Below, piece by piece: positions 14,301 through 22,873 of a DNA stretch of 64,000 nucleotides (its first letter is position 1; every line of letters starts with the position of its first letter). The position numbers and the translations under genes were made by a program. Source of the DNA: Octopus bimaculoides (taxonomy: Eukaryota); NCBI RefSeq assembly GCF_001194135.2, contig NC_069003.1, positions 35,914,284-35,978,283 on the forward strand, read 5' to 3'. The notes below the pieces were generated by a model. That model was not told the DNA's origin. It saw only the letters and a program-made list of their open reading frames with translations, and did no database searches.

Positions 14301-17300
14301 TCACGTAAACTCTTCCAGCATTTACTTCCTTTATTTTATCTCCCAGAAACAACAGAACACATTTAAGTTCTTAGCTTTACCCCAGAAAATTCTTTACAAT
14401 CATCATAATCAAAATAATTAGCAAGTGAAATAATTAATGAAACAACTTCAACAAGATATTGCTGACTTACCAAGACAAGTGGACTTGCAAGAAAATTTTG
14501 CTTGACCATTTTCACATTTTGGGAACAACAAACCACACATATAATGTAAACTGAGGGGAGAACAACCACTGTTTATGATGGGAAGTGCAGAAGTATTAAA
14601 TGATATTATGGCTTCTTCAGCAGTTTCATCTTTGAAATTTGGGAACATGGTTCGAGAATAGCCAGCATCAAGACATTTCTGGAACTTCAGTGGGAAACAG
14701 TTGTCTGTCAAAGATATAAAGGAGTTTAGAAAATGTAGTTGGCAGATTTCAACAATTCAGTTTAGTATGATGTATTGAATGAGAAATATTAACTTAGCAG
14801 AAACATTGATAAAATGAAAAAAAAACATTAAAGAATATGGACAGATATATGTTGGAAACCATCAAGCTTTGGACATATATTGGGGAAGGATGATACATTC
14901 TAGGGTAAAGCTATACTGATTTGAAGTTGAGAAATAATGATAGTAGGGATATATAAGGGGACGGTTTCAGAAGTTGTTAGGGGAGGCCTATAAAAAAAAT
15001 AAGGTAAGATAAAGCAAAAGAGAATGAGGTTTTATTTCAAGTATTACCATCATCACCACCATTTGACTGTTGTTCAGATAGCCACACAGCTTGTCTCTAA
15101 TCAAGGATGCTTTCAAGACCTGTGTCCATGGTGTCAAAGCAGGTTTGGCGTGTGTTGTGTTTTTGTTTATATAAAGTGAAAATGGAATAATATAGACAGA
15201 AAGAGAAGCCATGACTAAAACTGAACATGAGTGAGGTTGAGTAATGGAATTAATTGGAAAGTTTAAATAATGTATGGAGATTTTTGAACAATGAGGAATT
15301 CTTGGGATAATGGGTTGAAATTTGGGTTTAAATAGGAATCTAATGTTTAGAATTGGTTAGAAAGTTAAGAAGCAGATGACATATGGATAAAAGAAAAACA
15401 AAGAGATGAGAGGAAGGTGAGATTTATGACAATGAAACATTTTCTACCCTTTATACCTGTAGTTGTTGTTAATTTTGATGTTGTTGTTGTTGTTGGCACT
15501 TCTGTTGTTGTTGTTTTTGTTGTTGGCACTTCTTTTGTTGTTATTGATGTTGTTGGCACTTCTGTTGTTATTGTTGTTGTTGGCACTTCTGTTGTTGTTG
15601 TTGTTGTTGGCACTTCTGTTGTTGTTGTTGTTGTTGGCACTTCTGTTGTTGATGTTGTTGTTGGCACTTCTGTTGTTGTTGTTGTTGTTGGCACTTCTGT
15701 TGTTGATGTTGTTGTTGGCACTTCTGTTGTTGATGTTGTTGTCGATTTTGTTGTTGTTGTTGGCACTTCTGTTGTTGTCGATTTTGTTGTTGGCATTTCT
15801 GTTGTTGTTGTTGTTGTTGTTGTTGGCACTACTGGTGTTGTTGGATAGTTTGTACTGAGTGTGGTAAACTGACCTGTAAGATGAAATAAAAGATTCAGAG
15901 AGAAAATCCTCCACAAAGACAACCAACAAACAGTCGAAAAAAAAAAAGAATTATTTTACATATTAACCTCCACTGATTTCAGTTGACATTTCATTCTACC
16001 TGTTCCATCATCAATCACCAAACGATTCCCTTTTATCTTGATTGTTGTATTTACACATTTCCTTTGACTGCATCTGAATCTTTATTTCTAATACATTTTC
16101 CATAGTTTTAGTTGTTTGATATGAATTCCGACAACATTTTACAGCACAGTAATATAAATAAAAGAGTCATGCTTAGAAGATTGAACCTACCATCCTAGAT
16201 AGGCTACTGCCATCTTGTGAGTTTATTTAACCCTTTAACATTCAGATTTCTTTGATTAATTCAGAACAATGGGAATAAATAAGCATTACATTTAACATAC
16301 ATTATCCTGTAACTTTGAGATTTCAATGGTGTGTTTGTATATTTTGAGAATGACATTGTAGGGTAGGTGTGAGAGGCTGGATCTGGTCAGTTTTAACATA
16401 ACACAAGTAGAACATTTGGGCCAAATATGGCTGGATTAAATGCTAAAAAGTTAAGCAAGACGAGTTGAATTAGCAAGTAATAACTTTGCTCACCACCTAA
16501 AAGCATTATTGTATGGACAATCAAAGCAATACTCTTCACAGTTTAGCAGATGGTACACACCATACATCTACTGAACTTTCTACATATCTTTTTTTCCCAA
16601 ATTTAGCAGCCACAATTAACCTGTTCTAACATACTACGTATCTAACCTGTTGTGAACAGCTCGAATACCATACAATATCATACAAAGTGTGCAATGTTTC
16701 ACTTGACTGAAGTGAAGTACAGCATATTTAGTTACTGCTCCAAAATGTTTGGAAATCATATTCAGGCCATAGATCTGTCCACTATAAAACTGCAATCACT
16801 TTCTTCCCCACAAATCTTACCACCGACAACAACAACAACACAACTATCACAGAAAATTCAAATAAATAAGCTGAAATTCAAAGCTTACCATCAATAGAAA
16901 TGTCGCTATCAGGAAAAAACTTTTGGATTAAGGTAAGCAGATTATTAAATTGTTTCGTTATAGTGTTCAGGATTATTCGATATAGGATAATCACACTTCC
17001 TGGCCTGTAATGAGAACAGAATTGTTGTTGAGAATTATGTAGATATTTGCATAAATATAGATTGATAAACATGAAGTTATCCATGGTAATTGATAATCAT
17101 AAAATTATCCATGGTGATTGATAAGAATACATGTATCTATAATGAATGATGGGCAACTAAAATGAATGCTCATAAAATGGTTCAGCAACAGGCAAACTTT
17201 CAAATTTCTGATGTCCACAAAAAAAAAAAATTCTTCAAAGAATTTTAAATATTCACTGAATATAAATGTTTGTTTTTATTGAACGGTAACTTTACAGAAG

Positions 17301-20300
17301 AGGTAACTTTTGGCAGTCTTCACACATAATGACAGAAAAAGTACAGAACAAACAGCCATGCTATATATCAAAAGATATGCTATATGTCTTCAACAAAGTG
17401 AGGAGGAGGAGGAAATTGTTTTGTGATACAAACCTAACAGTTAGAATTTCAGTTCGATTATAGTCAGCTGCGAAGGAACTATTCTTGAAAAGCAGGTCCA
17501 TCTGAATAAAATAGAACAAATGAATAATCATTACAGTATCAACTGATGATGATGAGAAGAAGAAGAAGAAGAATCCTTTCTACTATAAGCATAAGGCCTG
17601 AAATTTTGGGGAGGGGACTAGTCAATTACATTGACCCCTGTGTTCAACTGGAACTTAATTTATCAACTCCAAAAGGATGAAAGGCAAAGTCAACGGTGGC
17701 GGGATTTGAACTCAGAATGTAACAATGGGCAAAATACCACCAGGCATTTCATCCAGCATGCTAATGATTGTGCCAGCTCACCACCTTGATAATAATAATG
17801 ATAATAATAATAATAATAACCCAAGGCGCACAGAGCTGCGCTCGGTAGTGAAGTGAAAGCACGTTATAAAAATAAAACTACTGAACAATAATAATAATAA
17901 TACTAAAGTCAAACCAAACATTGATATTTCGAGTGCATTTAGTTCACATATTTCATTGCAAGATATGTTAAGATATTTCACAATCATAACTTCTGTTACA
18001 AAGCTTTAAATTTAAGGTCACATGAAAGAAATTGTCTAACATACTTTCATGGTGAATTCCTGCACAAGCTGGTGGTAATCTGCAGTAGAATGGTTGAAAT
18101 AGGTTGCTTTCCAGGTTTGGTTTAATACAGTATATCCAAAAAACTTGGGTTTTTCTTCATCTAGAGAAAAAAAGAAACAGAAAACTGTATAAGTAAAGTT
18201 GACACCAGAAAAAGAAATATAAACCGTGTTGCTGTTGCTAAGTAGCCCTATATTACCGTTGTTGCTTGGGAGACCCACAGATTTTACAGTAAGTCAGTCA
18301 GTTTGTCAGCTACCACTCTGGTGCATATGATGAACTTTATAAGGAAATAAGGCCAGTCATCATATTATTTCATATAATATTCCATAAAGATAAAACAGCA
18401 ACAATAAAGAGCGGAGATAGCTTTACATGGTTTCTCAACCTGCTAGACATAGCAGTCAAACTACCTTCAAATTACAACCCACCATCTTAAAAATGGAAGG
18501 ATACTAGATACACACTGGAAGCTTTAATCAGAGCTTTTCTCAGTCAGGGTTAATCTACAAGAGGGTGCTGAAAAGTTCCTGACTTTAAGGGTATCATGAA
18601 AGGCCTAGGTGGAGGTCCAATTTTCCAAGTTCTTTCACAAAGCTTATAGAAAAACTGAAGGACCACTGCAATAAGTGTGTGAATCTGAGAGGAGGGGAAT
18701 ATGATGAATAAAATCGTAATTAACTGATCCTTTTTCTTTAACCCAAAGCCAGGAACTGTTCAGTACCCTCTCATATATCTAAACAACAACAACAACAAAC
18801 ATGTTTAAAATGTATACATACCTTTATCAGTCATTATCACTGCTAAAGCAGCTGCCGTAGCAATCACTGAAACGAGGAATAAAACAAGCAATGGCACGTA
18901 TGTTGACCTGGAGCAGCCATTCCTTAACATATCTTCATCTTTGGGTGAAGGGTTCACTTTTGGGTGACTACCAATGTCTTTATGGCTAATTTCTGAGTAC
19001 TCTGCGAAACCATTGTTATCATAGGCATGATCCAATTTCTTCAACTTTCTTCCTTCTCCTCTAATTGATGGATCAGATAGTTCTTCCTAAAAAGAACAAT
19101 AATAATAATAATGTTGATTATCAGAATGATTATTTATTGATATATATGTCACAGATTGCTAGAAAAAAATGAGGAATAATGATTTCCAACTTGAGTACAT
19201 ATTCTATCAACCCCAAGGGGGATGAAATGTAACTATAACAAGATTTGAACTCAAAATGTAATTATATATGTCAAGCTATTTTCAGATTTGATCCAATCCA
19301 CAGCTGTTTCAGTTACCATATTGGCACATCCATCCCTACAATGTCAAAGAACCATCCACTGTGCCACTTCATCTTGCTTTGTAAGAATTTTGGTTCATAA
19401 TCTGCAAAGCATCAGCCTGCAGTAGATGTGTTCATTTCTGGCTAAGTGGTTGGAGCAACATGGAAGGAAATTCTTTGCCCAAGAAGGACACAAAATCACC
19501 AGCTGGTTCTGGGAACTGAACCAACGATCTTACATTGATGAGCGGATCACTTTAATTGACTCTTTAGTTTCAGCATACCAACTCAGATCAACACATTTGC
19601 TATGCCAGTAGACCTCCGTAATTTATTATTATTTTTTTTACATCAATCGAGAGAAATTCTTCTTCAGTGTTGATTAAAACCAAGTTAGTCGCTCTTGCAA
19701 CATGGTAGGCCCCGGATATGGTTTTATTAATTTCACCTTTGAAAACGCGACTGTAAACAGTAATATGTATACAATGTAGAGCGCAGGGAAGGGAGAGTGT
19801 TGAAAACGGAAATGAGTCCCATGAGATTCTTGAATGAAATGAAGCTGAAGTAAAAGATGGTGTGAGAACAGCAGAGAATCAGAATATGATATTATCTCTC
19901 CTCAGTTTCTTTGTCATGATGAAGATTCAAGTGAAGAAGATAAAAGAAATTTTTAGCATATTTTTACACATAAACGATTTGGACGTATTTGCAAAATCTG
20001 GTTTCAGTTAATTTGAAGAAGGCAATAAGTACAACATGGCTCGGAAAGATACCAAAATAAAAACAATCCGTTTGCTGGGGAGAATGACATCCTTTTCCAA
20101 ACAGTAGAGAAAGCTTCAACAAACGGAGAAATTATGGGGAGGAAACTGTTGTTATACTTTCCGTAAAGGAAAGATGCTACCGTGTTGTTTGCTTTTTGTT
20201 TTCAAAGGAACAGTGGTCGTTAATGTTAAAACAAAGAAGAAGGGTCCCCTGGCGAAAATTGAGACCGCGAATACTTGACCATAAAACAAGTCCTTGTTGT

Positions 20301-22873
20301 AGTTTACATGAAGGAATAACTAATGCTTCAAACCAGAGAAAAAAGTCTTTGTCTGATCACTCGAATTGTTAGAAATAATAGCTAGTCTCTCTAAAATCAC
20401 ACCATATTGTCTTAAACATACATGAGACATGCATATGTATGCATGATCCAGCGGCGGAGACCGCTACATGATAGCTGGATTTGCTACGTCAAACTTTATC
20501 GTCATTAAGAAGGATACGTTGAGTAATGCGGTCTTGTGATTTTTGCACATAGAAAAAAAGACGGGATAATCATGACAAGTCTAGACTAACTTGGCTTTAA
20601 TATCTTTGTCTACTTGAGTACAGCCGACCGAAGACTTAACAGCAATAGCACACAGAACAAGCATACGACACATACATGGACACAACACGCATACTACATA
20701 ATTTCCGTCCTAAACAGACGTACGGACTGAGAGCATCTCTACACAAATCGCTTGATCCGCTAGAACTAGCAAAGCACACACTACTACGTTGAATGAGATC
20801 CAAAGTTCACTGTACATAGTAGAAAAGGAGGGACGGTCATGTCTCGAATATCATTCACCATAGATTTATTCGAACATGGTCTTCCTACTCACGGCTATAT
20901 TTTGGAAGGGGTGGGGTTATAAACCTAATATTTTTATCTTTTCTTAATACCGGTTCCCATATTAAATTCATATCTGCACCAGGTCTGCTTAGGAGGTTAT
21001 TGTTCTCCTTTTTTTCCATACATTATCAGCTATACCCGATTTTTCCTCTCGTGTCACAACTTTACGATGTTCCTCTACATTTATTTTAAAGGGGCGACAT
21101 GTTTCGCCTTTGGGTAACCTACCGAAAATGCATAGGATGGAGTACACACAGTTTTTGGTCATATTCTCTTCTATAGGAGGGTTTAGTCGAAGGAAATATT
21201 TGCGAAGTGTTGTATTACTTCTGAATATTGTCCTGATGTCATAAGGACCGCATCTCTTTCATATCTTTTCCAAGTGGCCTTCAACAGAATAGACAGACAG
21301 TGGTCAGTTCATGGGTTTCCTCTTCTCTCCTCTTCCCAGTTGGAGTGGAGAGTATGTTTTCTGGGTAGTTATTGCATAGTAGATTGTTTCTTAGTCAAAT
21401 AAAAGGTTGGGCTCGAAATCCCACCAGACCAACTGATGAAAGCCGCAGAGCACATCAGCCGAAACGTTGTGGAAACAACAAACAAGGTGAGAACACCTAT
21501 CCGTCCATTGTAAATAAAGTCGAATCATAATGTTTAATAATCTTCGCATCAGCTGAGACAGTGTTAAAATCTGCTTTTCCGGAATTAAGTGATATTACTG
21601 ACCGTTCTTGCAATGGTTCAAAACACCATCACCGAAATCGTGTTCATATTTTGCAAGACAATAAGAACTTCTTGCAATATCCCGACAGATTTGACGATTG
21701 GTGATTTGGTCGACCACGAACTTTTGTAGTTGATCGAGATTTTCACTTTTCTTGCCATGTGCAGACGAGAAGCTTTGGATCTCTGTCAGCGCTAATAGCT
21801 TTAGAACTGTGCTGTGAGGATGCTTCGATGCTTGCGAACGCATCACATCATGTCTAAGTCATTTTAACCAGTCCTAAGCAATCATCCGCCTGTTCACGCA
21901 GGTTTTGTTTTTCAGCCTGGTGGAAGGTTTTGCTGCAATAAATTGGTTTTCAACCAGCTAGAAAGAGATGAATATATTTGTGATCGCTGCAAGTATCGTG
22001 AGGTGAATGCAGAAAATCTCCTGTCGCCTAAAGTTTAGTCAAAGTACGGTAAATTGCTGCTACCTTTGCATATCCTATTCAGCAGTGATATATCTAAGGC
22101 TAGGATGTGGCTCGTTTCGTTAATAACATTTCGTCACAATGATTCCGCAATCCCACAACAACCCAATATAATCGAGTTAACAACTTATGTCATGCAAAAC
22201 AGTTCTTAATTCACGATAATTATTAAAGGATACAGTATTGAAACTGTCTCAATTTTAGCTACTTGGTCCTGTACACACACACATAATATATATATATATA
22301 TATATATATATTTAAATATATTTTTTTACACCAAAAATTGGGCAAAAGAATATAGTATCTGTTAACAATCTTAGAAAAATACTCACAGTTGAGTTTTTNN
22401 NNNNNNNNNNNNNNNNNNNNNNNNNNNNNNNNNNNNNNNNNNNNNNNNNNNNNNNNNNNNNNNNNNNNNNNNNNNNNNNNNNNNNNNNNNNNNNNNNNNN
22501 NNNNNNNNNNNNNNNNNNNNNNNNNNNNNNNNNNNNNNNNNNNNNNNNNNNNNNNNNNNNNNNNNNNNNNNNNNNNNNNNNNNNNNNNNNNNNNNNNNNN
22601 NNNNNNNNNNNNNNNNNNNNNNNNNNNNNNNNNNNNNNNNNNNNNNNNNNNNNNNNNNNNNNNNNNNNNNNNNNNNNNNNNNNNNNNNNNNNNNNNNNNN
22701 NNNNNNNNNNNNNNNNNNNNNNNNNNNNNNNNNNNNNNNNNNNNNNNNNNNNNNNNNNNNNNNNNNNNNNNNNNNNNNNNNNNNNNCTAGGTGTTTTCAG
22801 CTTACCACAGAAGGGATAAATATCAATAGTTTTACTTTACCTTTGTACGTGTATAAATAAATTCTGTAGGCAT
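1310..22873 (-). CDS. Gene model: type II transmembrane SEA-mucin protein with five tandem Frizzled CRDs (distantly corin/MFRP-like; 3' end unresolved)
   Basis: Hand-joined exons (minus strand): 22873-22841, 19086-18822, 18160-18045, 17501-17434, 17004-16889, 15873-15457, 14704-14471, 13952-13848, 13044-12970, 12376-12143, 11191-11087, 9159-9091, 8793-(gap), 8057-7953, 6895-6851, 5717-5478, 4510-4409, 4285-4208, 3533-3297, 1399-1310. All visible junctions are GT-AG, phases match and the frame stays open. Confidence 0.88.
3297..3533 (-). CDS. Exon: FZ-CRD5 part a
   Basis: tttcaccag|AT...CTAA|GTAAGT, 237 nt; DLCIVLDFPTCVEAGYSKTMAPNLLNDND...CSALAAHYFCGLLFPKCVKGISKFSCKSTCL. Confidence 0.92.
3985..4085. 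repeat. 42-bp tandem repeat, two copies plus a partial third
   Basis: Unit caattatgccaccctcatctacaagaccacctacatttacat. Confidence 0.85.
4208..4285 (-). CDS. Exon: Thr linker 4
   Basis: cctttacag|GT...CCAG|GTTAGA, 78 nt, phase 1-1; PTPTTTTATTTTTTTTKAEVTTLTP. Confidence 0.72.
4409..4510 (-). CDS. Exon: FZ-CRD4 part b
   Basis: ctgtttcag|CC...GACC|GTAAAT, 102 nt; AVKQACGKSAIIFDCDFLTDDKAYCFLPPNITTD. Confidence 0.88.
4594..5135 (+). mobile_element. Mariner transposon relic (internally deleted, frameshifted)
   Basis: TA+CGAGG-type end; fragments VKFCIKLG..ATETLGMLQQAYSDEAM..RASLEDDEKSQRP match the mariner transposase N-terminal HTH region. Confidence 0.75.
5478..5717 (-). CDS. Exon: FZ-CRD4 part a
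   Basis: ctttgtag|AT...CTAG|GTAAGC, 240 nt; DLCFDMKSHVCEQAGYNNTMFPNVFGDED...CSPLALHYVCGLIFPQCNTLGQIRFSCQTTCL. Confidence 0.92.
6851..6895 (-). CDS. Exon: Ser/Thr linker 3
   Basis: ttgttgcag|CC...CCTG|GTATTA, 45 nt, phase 1-1; TVSSKTTKSQTPAP; the donor is weak. Confidence 0.6.
7406..7582. repeat. Foldback inverted repeat (76-bp arms, 25-nt loop), intronic
   Basis: Arms 7406-7481 and 7507-7582 match at 68/76 positions by manual alignment. Confidence 0.9.
7953..8057 (-). CDS. Exon: FZ-CRD3 part b
   Basis: 105 nt, identical to CRD1b including the splice sites. Confidence 0.85.
8237..8577. other. Assembly gap inside the duplicated CRD segment (other gaps: 307-663, 1988-2898, 5820-6236, 22399-22786, 33741-34037, 37933-38662, 47142-47208, 62675-63623)
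   Basis: Run of 341 N; the equivalent interval in the other copy (14132-14488) is 357 nt. Confidence 0.97.
8578..8793 (-). CDS. Exon: FZ-CRD3 part a (3' end lost in the N gap)
   Basis: Visible 216 nt are identical to CRD1a; the donor falls inside gap 8237-8577. Confidence 0.85.
9091..9159 (-). CDS. Exon: Thr linker 2
   Basis: ttcttcag|TT...AATG|GTAAAT, 69 nt, phase 1-1; VPARSTYPVHQTTLTTHKTTDVN, paralogous to linker 1 (HQTT and the N-G|GTAAA end). Confidence 0.78.
9508..9820 (+). mobile_element. CR1/L2-type LINE reverse transcriptase relic
   Basis: Frameshifted MIYLDFAKA.DKVNHG...GKLGEWLHDFL...VRGVPRRTLLGPLIFI, matching RT motifs YLDFxKAFD and GVPQGxVLGP. Confidence 0.8.
11087..11191 (-). 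CDS. Exon: FZ-CRD2 part b (absent from the ORF track)
   Basis: T-tract...ctattag|CT...CCAG|GTAACC, 105 nt; AVQKGCGSNSTIIDCENLSDSEEHCFLPVSSTTTP. Confidence 0.88.
12143..12376 (-). CDS. Exon: FZ-CRD2 part a
   Basis: 234 nt; same splice sites as CRD1a and only 3 nt differences (F>I, P>S, one synonymous). Confidence 0.9.
12970..13044 (-). CDS. Exon: Ser/Thr linker 1
   Basis: tttttcag|GT...AATG|GTAAAC, 75 nt, phase 1-1; SIRPSSVRHQTTATDVTWTTTQTN. Confidence 0.75.
13848..13952 (-). CDS. Exon: FZ-CRD1 part b (Cys8-Cys10)
   Basis: ataccag|CC...TCAA|GTACGT, 105 nt; AIEKNCGKNATLLPCEHLTDDEMYCFLPEPHTTAS completes the 10-Cys domain. Confidence 0.88.
14471..14704 (-). CDS. Exon: FZ-CRD1 part a (Cys1-Cys7)
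   Basis: ttgacag|AC...CTTG|GTAAGT, 234 nt; C-x7-C..GY..T.FPN..C-x8-C-x6-C..C-x3-C Frizzled spacing. Confidence 0.92.
15457..15873 (-). CDS. Exon: Thr-rich mucin-like tandem repeat (EVPTTTTTT)
   Basis: cttacag|GT...ACAG|GTATAA, 417 nt, phase 1-1 (alternative in-frame donor 9 nt further on); 10 EVPT units with a core period of 27 nt. Confidence 0.85.
16889..17004 (-). CDS. Exon: SEA domain part 3 with G|SVI autocleavage motif
   Basis: cattacag|G CCA GGA AGT GTG ATT...GATG|GTAAGC, 116 nt, phase 2-1; (R)PGSVIILYRIILNTITKQFNNLLTLIQKFFPDSDISID. Confidence 0.85.
17434..17501 (-). CDS. Exon: SEA domain part 2 (absent from the ORF track)
   Basis: tttattcag|ATG...GTTAG|GTTTGT, 68 nt, phase 0-2; MDLLFKNSSFAADYNRTEILTV(R); bridges the phases of the two flanking exons exactly. 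Confidence 0.82.
17581..17788 (-). mobile_element. SINE family A, intronic copy
   Basis: Reverse complement of the family A head and body; all 8 head CpGs converted to TpG/CpA. Confidence 0.8.
18045..18160 (-). CDS. Exon: SEA domain part 1
   Basis: ctctag|AT...ATGAAA|GTATGT, 116 nt, phase 1-0; DEEKPKFFGYTVLNQTWKATYFNHSTADYHQLVQEFTMK matches the SEA N-terminal pattern. Confidence 0.85.
18556..18775. mobile_element. Mariner-derived MITE
   Basis: About 30-bp imperfect TIRs (caagagggtgctgaaaagttcctgacttt / aaagccaggaactgttcagtaccctctca) flanked by TA on both sides. Confidence 0.75.
18822..19086 (-). CDS. Exon: cytosolic tail plus transmembrane helix (type II signal-anchor)
   Basis: ttttag|GAA...GATAAAG|GTATGT, 265 nt; EELSDPSIRGEGRKLKKLDHAYDNNGFAEYSEI...RNGCSRST-YVPLLVLFLVSVIATAAALAVIM-TDK; no N-terminal signal peptide. 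Confidence 0.88.
20880..21540 (-). mobile_element. Penelope-like retroelement relic (GIY-YIG endonuclease fragment and terminal motif)
   Basis: Minus strand reads VYSILC..G..KGETCRPFKINVEEHRKVVTR..KSGIAD.VWKK; the ctgatgaa...gccgaaacgttg...aataaa motif typical of Penelope termini lies at ~21434-21520. Confidence 0.7.
22841..22873 (-). CDS. Candidate first coding exon (MPTEFIYTRTK)
   Basis: ATG preceded by an in-frame TAG; ends AAG|GTAAAG in phase 0, matching the phase-0 acceptor of the TM exon. No homology evidence. Confidence 0.5.

Noticed and set aside
14471-14704. Calling the gene a Frizzled receptor, sFRP or corin orthologue
   Set aside because: No 7TM, netrin (NTR), LDLa, SRCR or protease exons are visible, and the topology is type II, so no gene symbol is assigned.
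15417-15929. Poly-Val, poly-Leu and Asn-rich (RSANNNN) ORFs
   Set aside because: Shadow frames of the Thr-rich mucin exon; splice phase selects the Thr frame.
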